The notes beneath the pieces were generated by a model. It saw only the letters and a list, made by a program, of their open reading frames with translations. It ran no database searches and was not told the origin of the DNA. The position numbers were made by a program, and so were the translations under genes. DNA of 60,136 nt, filler included, from Circinaria calcarea (lineage: Eukaryota), in assembly GCA_051942165.1 (NCBI GenBank). It is 5 parts of 5 records of this genome, joined end to end, with 100 filler letters (N's around TTAATTAATTAA, not from the genome) between each part and the next. Parts side by side here need not be neighbours in the genome. Positions count along the whole stretch, not along the records: positions 48,226 to 60,136 come from JAVECS010000626.1; 4 more parts are not named here. One strand, 5' to 3'. The first letter of the stretch is position 1. The number at the start of each line of letters is the position of its first letter. Positions 49,207 through 59,996 of the stretch are shown here, piece by piece.

Positions 49207-50551
49207 ATGTCTTACGATGCTCACGCAAATGTCGGGCCTATAATGCTGATAGGGCAGATCATCATGATCATACTAGCAATAGCATCCGTGGCATTACGTT
49301 TCTTAGCGAGGAAGCTGTCACGAGCAGGACTTTGGTGGGACGATTGGATGATTCTAGCTGCTCTGGTGTGATTCCGACAGCTTTAGCATATTTATACGTG
49401 GAAATCCTAATTTCTCCTACGATAGCTTCCGATTTTAGGCCAGCATATATGCAACTTTGTCGGTAAGAGCAGCTTCTACCAGGCCAAAGAGCGGCACTGA
49501 TCAGCTACTTGACTAGGCATACATCTCGGCCTTGGACAGCACGCCGTCGCTCTACCACCAAATGCGACACCCAAGTTACTACGCATCGGCTATTCCGAAG
49601 AGTTCCTTTACCATATCGACCAAGGACTTGTGAAATACTCAATTCTTCTTTTTTATAAGCGGATCTTCCCGCAGAGGGAGCTAAAATATGTACTGTGGGC
49701 CGTTGCAACGGTTGTGTTGTGCTGGCAAATCTCCATTACCGCGACCTTTCTCTTCCAATGCACTCCGATTCACAGAGCGTGGAATGTCTTCTCACACGGT
49801 ACTTGTATTCATATCAACAAAGCCTTTCTCGGAGCGGCCATCCCAAATATGATTACCGACCTTATCATCATAATCATCCCCTTACCCCTGATCTGGAAAC
49901 TGCACGTTTCGAGATCGCAGAAAATCGAATTGTGCGGTGTATTCTTGGCTGGTGGCTTGTCAGTATCCATCGTCGCTCGAGTTTAACGGTCACATCACTG
50001 AGGCTTTGCAGTGTCTGTGCGGTCAGTATCATCCGACTGATCATCATCGTTGATGTCCCCTACTCGGACTTTTCATGTAAGATCATTAGTCTATGGCTCC
50101 TTTCAAGTCCCATCATCTAATGCCATTCTACCTAGGGAACTGGGTCGGGCTTGCAATATGGTCCATTGTCGAGCCCAACGTCGGTCTGATCTGCGCCTGT
50201 CTCCCCAGCCTCCGCTTCTTCCTCAAAAGCTTTACCACCCGCCTCTCCAAATTCTCTTCCCATTCATCGACAGCCCCCACACCGCCCGCCCGCTCCCGCT
50301 CCCACAAGCAGGCTGCGTCGCATAGCGAAATCGAGGACTTTACGAGGTTGAATGGGGGAGATGGGGATATGGAAGGGTTTACGAATACCATCCGGAAGGG
50401 AAGCGCGAGTGAGGCGGAGTTGGAGATGGGGATCCCGATGAACGCTATCCATGTGCGGAACGAGGTTGCCTGGACGGATAGCGAGCGAGAGTTGGGTTCG
50501 TACGTGGATAGTGCGCGGGGTTACAACGGGGGGGAACACCCTTCGGTTTAG
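49207..50551 (+). CDS. PTH11-like / fungal rhodopsin-domain integral membrane protein (no CFEM), multi-exon
   Basis: VALRFLARKL..LWWDDWMILAAL, GLGQH, KYSILLFYKRIF, FQCTPIHRAW, TDLIIIIIPLPLIWKL and WSIVEPNVGLICACLPSLR. Confidence 0.88.
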
Positions 50552-51275
50552 GAATTCAAACCAAGGGCCTGCAGTACATTAATCGGCTTTAAATTTAACA
50601 AGAACCGTGTGCTCCGTTTTACTCATTCGGTTCCGTGTCCCCGTCGTTTTACCTGTAGTAGCTAAACACCCGCCGTACCCCTTTCTCTCTCCATATATAA
50701 TAAGCTTGTTGGGGAGCCCCGACGCGCTTTTTTTCTCTCGACATCCGCGGGCTCGCCAAAGTCAATGTCGTGTGTGTGTGTCATGGGCCTCATTTCCGTT
50801 GGGGCGGTCGCCACCAGGAAAAAGGGAAATATATATTCCCAAACTTGCGTTCATAAACTACCGTTTTCGTTCGGGAAAGGGAGCATGGCCGCTTTGAAGG
50901 GAGCAGCAAGAGAGAGCATGCAGGGATAGGCCAGTCCTGGTGCCCTCTCTACCTAGGCGGGGCGCAGTAAATAGGAGTCTGAACTGGCTGCTTTAAGCCC
51001 GGCTTCAGCTGCCTATTTTAATTTTACATCGTGTCGAGGCTGAAGGCTGTCAGCAAAAAAGCCTGAACTTGGCTGCTTACTACCTTATAAATAGTGGACA
51101 GCTCGGGCTAGAATACACCAAGGTTATATTTTATTGCACGGAACCGTTTTTGAGTGGGAAAACCGGGATCCGGGTTAGTAATACGGCCCCATCTGTATGC
51201 TTAGGTCATCTGCCCACTTGAAATATCAGCTCGGTCCTAAAATTACGAGACTTTGTTCATTTTCAAGCATTCCAA

Positions 51276-53306
51276 ATGTACAAGTACCAGTCTCTCAACC
51301 GCAACGAGGAAACAAGAGTCCTCACAATTGAGCCAGGAAAGTTTGGTGATGATATTTGCTGCAGCCTGTCTCACATTTCGCTTCAGGATCCGCCAGCATA
51401 CGAAGCTCTTTCCTATGTGTGGAAATCTTCCAGTCCTCTGATAGCGCCGGCCCCTGATACAAAAGTAAGCGTGGCCCTGGTAGCGGAACATGGAAGCCAG
51501 GTCGAGAAAGTTCCGTTTGGCAGTCTTCTGCATTCACCACTTCACGATTTTCATCCGGACGCTCGAACGACTATCCTAAGCAATTACTACGCTGTGGGGG
51601 GGCTACGTGAACCAGGTAATGTCATGTGTGACAGTGTCGTCGTCACAATCGGAGGTGAGCTGCACTGGGCGCTTCGGCATCTCCGTTTCGAGGATAAACG
51701 GCGGGTGCTTTGGGTAGATGCTCTGTGCATCAATCAAGACGACTTTGACGAGCGCCGGAAGCATGTACAATCAATGGGGGAGATTTACGCTCGTGCCAAC
51801 AAAGTTCTAGTATGGCTCGATGGCACCAGTGGAGTTGACTCCCGGGCATTCGAAGCCTTGGAGGCTATTGGAGAGAAGTTCGTAGAGTTGAGGAACGAGT
51901 TGACGAACGAGAAGACCGAAAGGGTGCAGTTCATTGCTTCTTTTCTGCTCGATAAGAAGATCCGTGGTCTTCACTGGAATGCTCTGAGCGGTCTTCTGAA
52001 TCGTGCTTGGTTTGGTCGTGTGTGGGTTATCCAAGAGATTGCTAATGCGGGTACGGCGGAGATCCATATCGGTAGCCTGGTCTATGATTGGGATCACTTT
52101 GCTATGTTAATTGATGTGCTCCGGATAAAAGAAGTCGACTTCCTTCTTTATGCACGCGGTGAAGTTCCGGCAGTCGCCTCGATCGGTTTGATGTTGGACT
52201 TACGCCGTAATAGAGATGATCCAAAGGCTCGCTCGCCTTTGCTTGGTCTTCTGATAAGCTCACGGCATTTCAAATGTACGCTTCCCCACGATAAGATCTA
52301 CGGTGTTCTTGGACTCGCATCAGATATAGCTGAAAATCATATGGAGGTGGATTATAGCATCGATGCTTCTAAGGTTTACACTGATTTCGCTGTGTCTCAT
52401 CTCATAAAACATAAAGCACTTGACGTGCTCTATGTCTGTACTAAAACAAATGGAGAATCAAAGTTGGACCTGCCATCCTGGGTCCCGGACTGGACTCAAC
52501 CATGCCACCACAAACCATTCCTCCTTGGCGGATTAGACTCACACGCAGCTGGAGATTCTGAAATCCAGCTCAGATTCGAAAGTAACAATAGGAGCCTCTT
52601 TATACACGGAAAGGTAATAGATACAATTGCGGCCGTTGAACAACTTCGTATTATTCCCAGGCCAGGGTACATCCCGGATCCAATTAACACAATATCAGAT
52701 ATTTGGGGAAGCAGGCACAAGGAATGGTCCAATCAGTATCTAGACCTCAGTCGGAAGTGGTACAGCAATGCAATAGATATCGCCTTCCCGGACAAGACTT
52801 GCACACCTGAGAGTTTTGAGGCTCTGTGGCGTACTTTCGTTTGTAATCAGACGCTTGACGGGGCGACACCACCATCCTCATGGGGCGAGTACTTCTCGGA
52901 ATTTGTGTATACAATAGTCAAATCAGCCACAGAAGGAAGATCGTATCTGAACAATAAGTGGATTAAAGAAACTCAGGACCCATATGACTTAAGGGAAAGG
53001 TCCGGCGATGAAGACCGCTTTAAGCGTAGATATGAAATGTCAGGAGGAATCTTCAGCAGGACTGTCGGACAGTGGAACTGGAATCGCCGGTTCTATCGGT
53101 CAGTGACAGGCAGGTTCGGCTGGGCTCCAGACCAAACTCAGCAGGGTGACGAGATTTGCGTTCTCTATGGCGGACCCGTTCCTTTCGTACTTCGGCCAGA
53201 TGGCACTGGTCGCCACGAGATCATAGGTGACTGCTATTTACATGGTATCATGGACGGTGAGGCGATGACGACTAGTCTTATGGAACAGGAGTTTCATCTC
53301 TTCTAA
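51276..53306 (+). CDS. HET-domain protein (het-6-like heterokaryon incompatibility protein)
   Basis: YEALSYVW, LWVDALCINQDDFDERRKHVQSMGEIY..VLVWL, WFGRVWVIQE, HDKIYGVLGL, LPSWVPDW and GDEICVLYGG..IGDCYLHGIMDGE. Confidence 0.93.
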   Translation: MYKYQSLNRNEETRVLTIEPGKFGDDICCSLSHISLQDPPAYEALSYVWKSSSPLIAPAPDTKVSVALVAEHGSQVEKVPFGSLLHSPLHDFHPDARTTILSNYYAVGGLREPGNVMCDSVVVTIGGELHWALRHLRFEDKRRVLWVDALCINQDDFDERRKHVQSMGEIYARANKVLVWLDGTSGVDSRAFEALEAIGEKFVELRNELTNEKTERVQFIASFLLDKKIRGLHWNALSGLLNRAWFGRVWVIQEIANAGTAEIHIGSLVYDWDHFAMLIDVLRIKEVDFLLYARGEVPAVASIGLMLDLRRNRDDPKARSPLLGLLISSRHFKCTLPHDKIYGVLGLASDIAENHMEVDYSIDASKVYTDFAVSHLIKHKALDVLYVCTKTNGESKLDLPSWVPDWTQPCHHKPFLLGGLDSHAAGDSEIQLRFESNNRSLFIHGKVIDTIAAVEQLRIIPRPGYIPDPINTISDIWGSRHKEWSNQYLDLSRKWYSNAIDIAFPDKTCTPESFEALWRTFVCNQTLDGATPPSSWGEYFSEFVYTIVKSATEGRSYLNNKWIKETQDPYDLRERSGDEDRFKRRYEMSGGIFSRTVGQWNWNRRFYRSVTGRFGWAPDQTQQGDEICVLYGGPVPFVLRPDGTGRHEIIGDCYLHGIMDGEAMTTSLMEQEFHLF

Positions 53307-53336
53307 TCCAGCCACGATTCTACTATGTCTCCTTCC

Positions 53337-55494
53337 TTAAACTTGCGGCCTCACCCTCTCGATCGCCAGTACCGTTTCGACCAACTCTCTCCTAAGAATT
53401 CCACCTCTCTTTGTTGCCAACAGCTGTGCTGTTTTCAACACGTTCTTGATTTGCCTTCCATTGAGTTTGACCTCCGCCAACTCCTTCAAATCCCCCTCCT
53501 CCATCTCATGCCGCAGGCCAGGTGACTCTAGAAGATTGCTCCAGATTGCTCTTCTTGACTCCGCTGTCAGGTTCGAATATGCAATAGAGACATGAATACG
53601 TGACTGGAATGCAGGGTCAATATTGCCGACCCGATTAGTCGTTAAAAAGAGAATGCCCTCATAGTACTCAAGAACACGGAGAAAGATAGACACAAGCTTA
53701 TTCCGCTCGAGGTCGTGCGTGGAACGTGCCTCAAGAAAGACATCGCATTCGTCGAGGAGAAGGATAGCCCTCCACTTTTCGACCATCTCTAGAATATTTG
53801 TGAGATTTTTTTCAACATTCTCGGGTCTCAGGCCTAAATCTCCCGCGCTCATCATATAAAGAGGAACATGCATGTTCTCGGCAACCGATTCAGCTGTCAG
53901 GGTCTTACCAACTCCGGGAGGTCCAGAAAGAAGCATTACGATGCCTTTGCCTTTGCCTTGAATCACATCATCAAATGTTTGATGATTCTGGATCTGAGAT
54001 TCGGCAAAAGACATTACAAGGTCTTTTTGATCTGGGGGGAGTACAAGACTGTTGAAAGCCTTATCATTCCAGGAAATAGGGCAGACGAGGTCGACGAAGA
54101 AGTCTACTGTAAGCTTTGTTAGTATTGGAACGGGCGGATGGGAGCGGCCGGGGAAATGGAGGCATACGCCATTTCTTGGACTTTAGAGCGTAGCCACTGA
54201 GTTTTGGGCTGCAAATCAGGTGTTGACTATCGCTGAGTCGGACTCTTGGCTTTGGTCTGTTGACAAGAAAATCATAATCTTGATTACCCCTTTCGCCATT
54301 GACGTGTGTGTCTATGACGGTCACATGGTCAGAGTCCTTCAAATCCCCAACCCATCGTTGTCGCTGCCTGCTGAACCTATTGAAGGAGTAGGTATCTATA
54401 ATAACTCGACCAGAAACCTAGCAGGATGATCAGATTTGGTGACACACTCCGCATAATAGAAAGATAGCCTACTATGACATGCATCGAGTTGCCCTCGCTG
54501 TCCCATCCCACCGCAGGACCCGTGTATCTGTCCCATCCATCAGCATAAATACTTGCAAGTACCCATGCCATCTCTCTATAAAGACGTACGATTTGTAACA
54601 ATACCCAGCTAACTCCTCAAACTTCTTTCCCCTTTCAACCAATCTGTGTCTCAGCGCCACCTTGTCCGGATGAAAGGCGAACGGTAGCCCATGCAGATCC
54701 TTAATCGGCTTAGTCCCCTTGAACTCGTACAGATGAATCGACTCGCGCCTTCTTCCAAATCTCTCTCCATCCCAATCGATGCACTGACACTCGAGTTGAT
54801 ATGCCTTTCCACACCTTGTCTGAACATAGCTTGCGCTTTGAAATTCATATGCAGACAGTGGACCATCATGCGTACTCACCACAGTGCTCCCCGGCTGAAA
54901 TATAATCCACAAATGTTCATATGTAATCACGCCATTCGCCATATAATCCTCAAAGGCGCGGATTGTGTCCTTCAACTCCACACTCAGGATGCCATGCAAC
55001 AGCTGGACATGCTCCGTGGTTTTCTCGTCATGCCTGGCCTTCATAAATTTCAGCAAGTCCCCCCAACGATGCATGAACGGCTCGAACGGCGCCTTGAACA
55101 CTAGCCTCTCAAGTTCACACGTGACTCCGGGGTAGTCCTTCAAGATCTCGGCGAGGGCCTTCTTCAACCAGGGGGATTGAACGATGAGGGAGTGGATCTC
55201 CAGTTGCTTCCGACTGTCAAAGCACTGCTGGTTGCGGACCACCAGGGCGTGGCCCGCTGTTTCTTCGTTCTCGGCTGCCTCCACGATGTGCTCGGGAAAC
55301 TTGTCCACCCATGTGTATCGGCCTTGGTCGTCGGCCGGGCCGGCGTAAATGTTTTTGATAGTGCTGAGGGAACCAATCGGCACGGGGCCGTCCGGTACTG
55401 AAGTGGTGTTAGCATCACCGTTCGGGGTGATCACGGCTAGGCCAAACGTTTGTGCAAGGGAGTCGAGCCCGGGGTTGGTACTGTTTGCGGGCAT
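53337..55494 (-). CDS. Fungal AAA+ ATPase (N-terminal DUF7025-like region + AAA + lid), 4 exons
   Basis: FDDVIQGKGKGIVMLLSGPPGVGKTLTAE (Walker A), ILLLDECD (Walker B), FLRVLEYYEGILFLTTNR, AFQSRIH and LNGRQIKN. Upstream exons carry ITYEHLWIIFQPG and GRVIID. Confidence 0.9.
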
Positions 55495-56046
55495 AATGGG
55501 AGAGGTAGGAGATAGAAGACCAGTGCGCGCGCCTTAAAACGAGGCCAAAAAATGCGACAGAGCAATCTTTTCAAATAAAAGCAGTGAAAGGTAGTTGTGA
55601 AGGAATGGAGGTGGAATAGGCTTGTATTTGCTATAGGTAGCTACCAGTCTATGTGTGTAGACTTTACCATGGAATAATATAGCAAAAGGTTCTGCTATGT
55701 ATATGCACCTCACAAATATTGCGATTAGCTGCAGTAGAAAAAAACGGGGAAAACACGCTAATTCGGCGCGCTTCTCGCTGCATATTTCAGCGATTCCCAC
55801 TTCTTTTCTCCACAACGCTTTCCACTCGTTACACATACGGAGTAGCACATACTCAGCAAAGGCTGCATTATTCCGTAGTATTTCGATAGCATTCATATAG
55901 CTATTCGCTGTGGCTATTCCACGCATGCCTTTTTGAAAACAGTAGTGCCCTCTCTGTAATGCTCCTCCTTTCTCTGGCCTGAAGTATCCTGGGCGAAGAT
56001 CGCTGGCCTTAAGATCAGTGGATTATGTAAGTTCACTACTGTAAAA

Positions 56047-56170
56047 CCACTGTCGTAGAGGTCACCGTCGCGGAGGTCACTGTCGCAAAAAGCTTATTAT
56101 CGCAGAGCTTATTGCCGCCAACAGCACTGTGATACAATGGCATTGCGATAATAACCTCTGCGACAATAAA
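56047..56170. repeat. Degenerate ~15-bp tandem repeats (CACTGTCGCGGAGGT-like) with an inverted copy
   Basis: cactgtcgtagaggt/caccgtcgcggaggt/cactgtcgcaaaaag/ttattatcgcagagc, plus acctctgcgacaataa in reverse orientation. Confidence 0.5.
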
Positions 56171-56371
56171 CTTAGCTAGAGTAATTTCAAGCCAGTGCCC
56201 TTCAGGCAGTAATATATTCCTCACTGAAATAAAAAAGTTAAGATATAAAATTATATATTTTTAATATATATATTAATATATGTATGCCCCGAACTTGGGG
56301 CAACACGTGATATTGGGCTGATTAACCCACTGCCGCTTTGCTCTCGCGCTATCGACTATTTCGTACATATG

Positions 56372-56470
56372 CTCTCCCCCTGCTCCCTCTTGCTCTCCCT
56401 CTACTCCCTCGCGCTCTCCCTCTGCTCCCTCGTGCTCCTCCCCTGCTCCCCCATGCTCCCTCGGTGCTCG
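56372..56470. repeat. ~21-bp pyrimidine-rich tandem repeat (x4-5)
   Basis: Units such as TCCCTCTGCTCCCTCGTGCTC. Confidence 0.7.
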
Positions 56471-56754
56471 CTCATCTTCCATGCAGCTGATATCTTCAAG
56501 CAATTTTAAACGATGGCTGACGGGGAGCCGATATGGGATGCTAATTATAAAAGGAGCCGACTCTGGCTCCCCCTTCTCATTCCCTTCCCTTCCCCTCTAA
56601 TCATTGCCGTTCACTTCCTATTCTCTGATCTCCTTCGTCCTCATTCTCTTCACCATCTTGCGAGCTTCTAGCTTGCTCAGTGCGTCCTTCGTCCTTCTTC
56701 TTTTACCCCGCACAACTCTTCTCGACCTATACTTGTCATATTTCGCTCGTCCCG

Positions 56755-57233
56755 ATAACAAAGAAGAAAAGAACCGTCTCGCAGTTCTTTGATGATGCCG
56801 AGACGAACGGATTGGAACCTTTAGACGAAGCAAATGTCAACAGCGACAAGGTCTCGAAGGGCCTTGAGCCTGGTACAGAAATAAACTATGACCGGATGTT
56901 ACATCTCTGAGATAAGTGAGTTTTCGTGCCCTTTTTCGGTAGTTTGGTAAGTCTTGGAAGCGTTCGCTGAGAATACATTTCGATAGATATGAGAGAAGAA
57001 ACGTTGGCGCTAGCCCTTATGATTTGAGAACAGCAAAGCATTTCATTAAAAGCATCGTACGTGGCTGTTCCGCTGGACGGAAGGGAGCGTCGATGTACAC
57101 TATGCTTCAGAAATGGACGGATTTCGGTGCTGGTTGGAAGCGACGGCCTGACAACGACAAGATCCCTTCTAAAGCAAACTACCGAGTTGGACGTTTCGGC
57201 AAGGAGAAAAGGGCGATAGGCCAGAAGTTATAG
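56755..57233 (+). pseudogene. Truncated N-terminal fragment of a probable DUF3435 tyrosine recombinase (Starship captain-like)
   Basis: Spliced across intron 56916-56986: VSKGLEPGTEINYDRMLHL*DK|YERRNVGASPYDLRTAKHFIKSIVRG..TMLQKWTDFGAGWKR..IP, resembling DUF3435 N-termini as I recall them. In-frame TGA at 56908 (likely from TGG), possible ATG>ATA at 56755, and no catalytic domain follows. Confidence 0.55.
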
Positions 57234-57649
57234 GAGAAGTAACCGAAACAATACTGAATAAACATACAATCGAAGAACATACAAACAAAATCAAAGCATA
57301 CCATCACTCCAGCTCTGGTAAAAATCATGATCCGCGATCACTTGCGACACACTCCAGAAATTCAAAAGAATAAGACAGCCGTTCGTTAAGAAATAGGTGT
57401 GTGTTTTCCCCACGGGGTGTTTTTGGAGGGACAAGGCCATCTGCTACCTATTTCCACTGGCCAAAAGACAATTCGGGCGCTGTGATATACGGTGTCGAAT
57501 ACCCCAGTGCGGATTGGGTGAAGTACTACTCATAATGTATTTGGCATATGCACGTAGCAATCACATTGCCCATCGGTGGTTCTGATGCATCATTCTGAGA
57601 TTGAAGACATCCGTGACATAGCAACACCTGCTCGAGTAGCCGCAATTCC

Positions 57650-58597
57650 CTATCGCCAAATTAAGCGCTCTATATCGATGTCCTGTTCAATACCATCGTC
57701 TCCAGTTTCCAACTTTTCATTGCCTTCTCGGTGTCTCCACTTCTTGCCCATTACCTCTTTAAACCAACGCACGTCGAAGAGCCCTTCATTCACTGCATCG
57801 GAAAATGCCTCAACCCTTTCCGCCGGCGCCATTTTAACATCCAGATCCGGCGCTACGAACAAGACTGCTGATAATCTTCGCACCCCAGGCACGCGTCTAA
57901 CGCGGTGACGCACAGCTGCCACTTTCGAGCCGCTTAGCACAACCGCACACCACCCACACAGCAGCACAGTCGCGTCGCCTGGCACGGGTAACCATGTGCC
58001 GGGCTCTTCGGGTGCTTCCACCTCGAGCCCCGCCGTACCATCTTGAAAGATTATGCTAAAGGTACCGTAGTCGGTATGGGCGCCGCATCCGTTATGGCTC
58101 GCTGGGGACGCCGTCGCAGGAGTATAATCAATGATGCGGAAGTTGAAGTTGTGCGTCGTATGCAACGGCGCCAGGTCGCGACCGGTAACTGCACTAAGCG
58201 CGGCCATGATCAACGGAACATGGTAGGCCACAATAGTATGGAAAAAGTTCAAGGTATCAGCGAGGCCGTGTGGTTCAAGCTCGGCCTGAAGGGCAGATGT
58301 AATGCGTGCAATTCGGGTGGGTGATAGGTCAATAGTGAGCTTTTGGTCGCACGCAGGATCTTTGGTGGCAGCGGTCTTGAAGATGCCGCGTAGAGCGTAG
58401 GTATCGTTGAGTGCCTCTGCCGCAGCAGGGTTCTGTGCCAAACAATCAAAGAGAGCCTTTATGGCGATGAATGGAGTCGCAGCAATTGGGTTAATAAATG
58501 TGATAGCCGGGCTGAGAAGCTCCGCTACAGTGGGACTTGAACGGACCAGCGTCAACTTGTCAGCTGGGAGTTGATGGTTGGAAATTTGAGTCAGCAT
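57650..58597 (-). CDS. 2-oxoglutarate/Fe(II)-dependent dioxygenase (IPNS-like fold), intronless
   Basis: FRIIDY, GCGAHTDYGTFSIIFQDGTAGLEV and distal His/Arg motif AVRHRV..RLSAVLF. Confidence 0.88.
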   Translation of the reverse strand: MLTQISNHQLPADKLTLVRSSPTVAELLSPAITFINPIAATPFIAIKALFDCLAQNPAAAEALNDTYALRGIFKTAATKDPACDQKLTIDLSPTRIARITSALQAELEPHGLADTLNFFHTIVAYHVPLIMAALSAVTGRDLAPLHTTHNFNFRIIDYTPATASPASHNGCGAHTDYGTFSIIFQDGTAGLEVEAPEEPGTWLPVPGDATVLLCGWCAVVLSGSKVAAVRHRVRRVPGVRRLSAVLFVAPDLDVKMAPAERVEAFSDAVNEGLFDVRWFKEVMGKKWRHREGNEKLETGDDGIEQDIDIERLIWR

Positions 58598-59373
58598 GGT
58601 GAACGTAGAGTTGAGAACGTGGAAGTAGAACTGTTGTTTTCAGTTGAGTTGAGGTCCAGCTTTATGATTTTGATTGTATTGCTATGGGAAACAGGATATG
58701 TGCAAGAAGTATTGGCAGAAGACATACTGCCTACTGGCAGGGCTAAGCCTGTTCAGGCTTAGCCTGATTAACAGATTAATTTATCCTACTCGGTTGTGGC
58801 CACTTGATCGCGCAAGGATAAAACAAAAAAACCCTTTTCCCGCGCGGTGCCGCCCCCGATGCTGAAGACTGTTGCCGGAAGGGTTCGGACAAATATGCTT
58901 GGATAGAAACCTGGTGGAAGTAGATGAAGATGCGCTCGACTAGTGATTCCATCCACGCTATGCCGTGATGCTCGTCGGCCCCAACGGCGCACAGATCCCT
59001 GCTTTGCAGGAAGGCCATCTCCCTCCGCACGATGCGGCCTCGCAACGTTGATCTTCTACAGTAGTAACTGCGCGCTTGTCAGTTTCACAAGTGACAGCCA
59101 GCTTCTGCGAATAGAAGGTGCAGAGCTAGGATGAGAAGGTGGGGGTGTGAACAATTGCGACCATTGGGCAATTTTGTGCTGTAGGCTTGCATCAACCTTG
59201 GTCAGCTGGTGTCAGCTGGTATCCTAACATTATGTGTGTAAGGCTCCTACAGAATGTTTGATATATTGCTATTATTTCGAACTCTGTCCGTGGCACTATG
59301 TTAGCTCTAAACAGCAGTCCTTGCTTTCTGGATCTTCTCATTGCAACGCGCAAAGCGAGCTGTGACCGTCACG

Positions 59374-59996
59374 ATGAGCTTTGGTGTAAGTGTAGATGAT
59401 GTTATTGCCGTGTTCAAGCTCGTGAACAAGGTCCGCAAGCAATTTGTCAACTCACCGGACCAGTTCAAGAGAATTTCAGAGGAGTACATCAATATACCTT
59501 CGAAGAGTCTTCCAAGGCTAATCTCTTTATAAGGATAAAGAGTTTATCAAGTGTCCTTAGGGATCTTGAAGACATTATACCTGAATAAGATCTTATCAAT
59601 CATTAAACGGCACATCTCCACGATATCACTCAAGGATGTCGTAGCGTATTAGTTGATTTAAACAAGATAGTCGAGAAATATTATAGTTTAGATACTAATC
59701 ACAAGAGTCGCAGCGGCAAGTCGCAGCGATTATGGAAAAGAATGAAATAAAAACTCGAAAATATTATAGAACTTTATTCTTGTATAAGCTTGAATATTAA
59801 TCTGCTAAATGCTTTTAACGGAAATATTATTATATATAAATATATTTCATCAGCTCGTGCAGTCTGGTCTTATTAATATTTATCAGCAATTTATTTTAAG
59901 TAATAAAAAATAGTGTGGATTGCTTATACAGATATCATGATGATTAAAAATGTTGTTTTATTAAGAATTGATTTTTATTCACTAATTTTACGGCGC
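59374..59996 (+). pseudogene. RIP-mutated pseudogene: N-terminal helical domain of a fungal NACHT/STAND (NLR-like) protein
   Basis: MSFGVSVDDVIAVFKLVNKVRKQFVNSPDQFKRISEE|IKSLSSVLRD..QGCRSVLVDLNKIVEKY..SQRLWKRMK*..INLLNAF. Premature stops at 59586, 59604, 59747 and beyond, and the second splice donor appears mutated GT>AT. Confidence 0.8.

Noticed and set aside
55610..55922. Possible MITE bounded by GTGGAATAG/CTATTCCAC
   Set aside because: Only a 9-bp inverted match and no clear target-site duplication.
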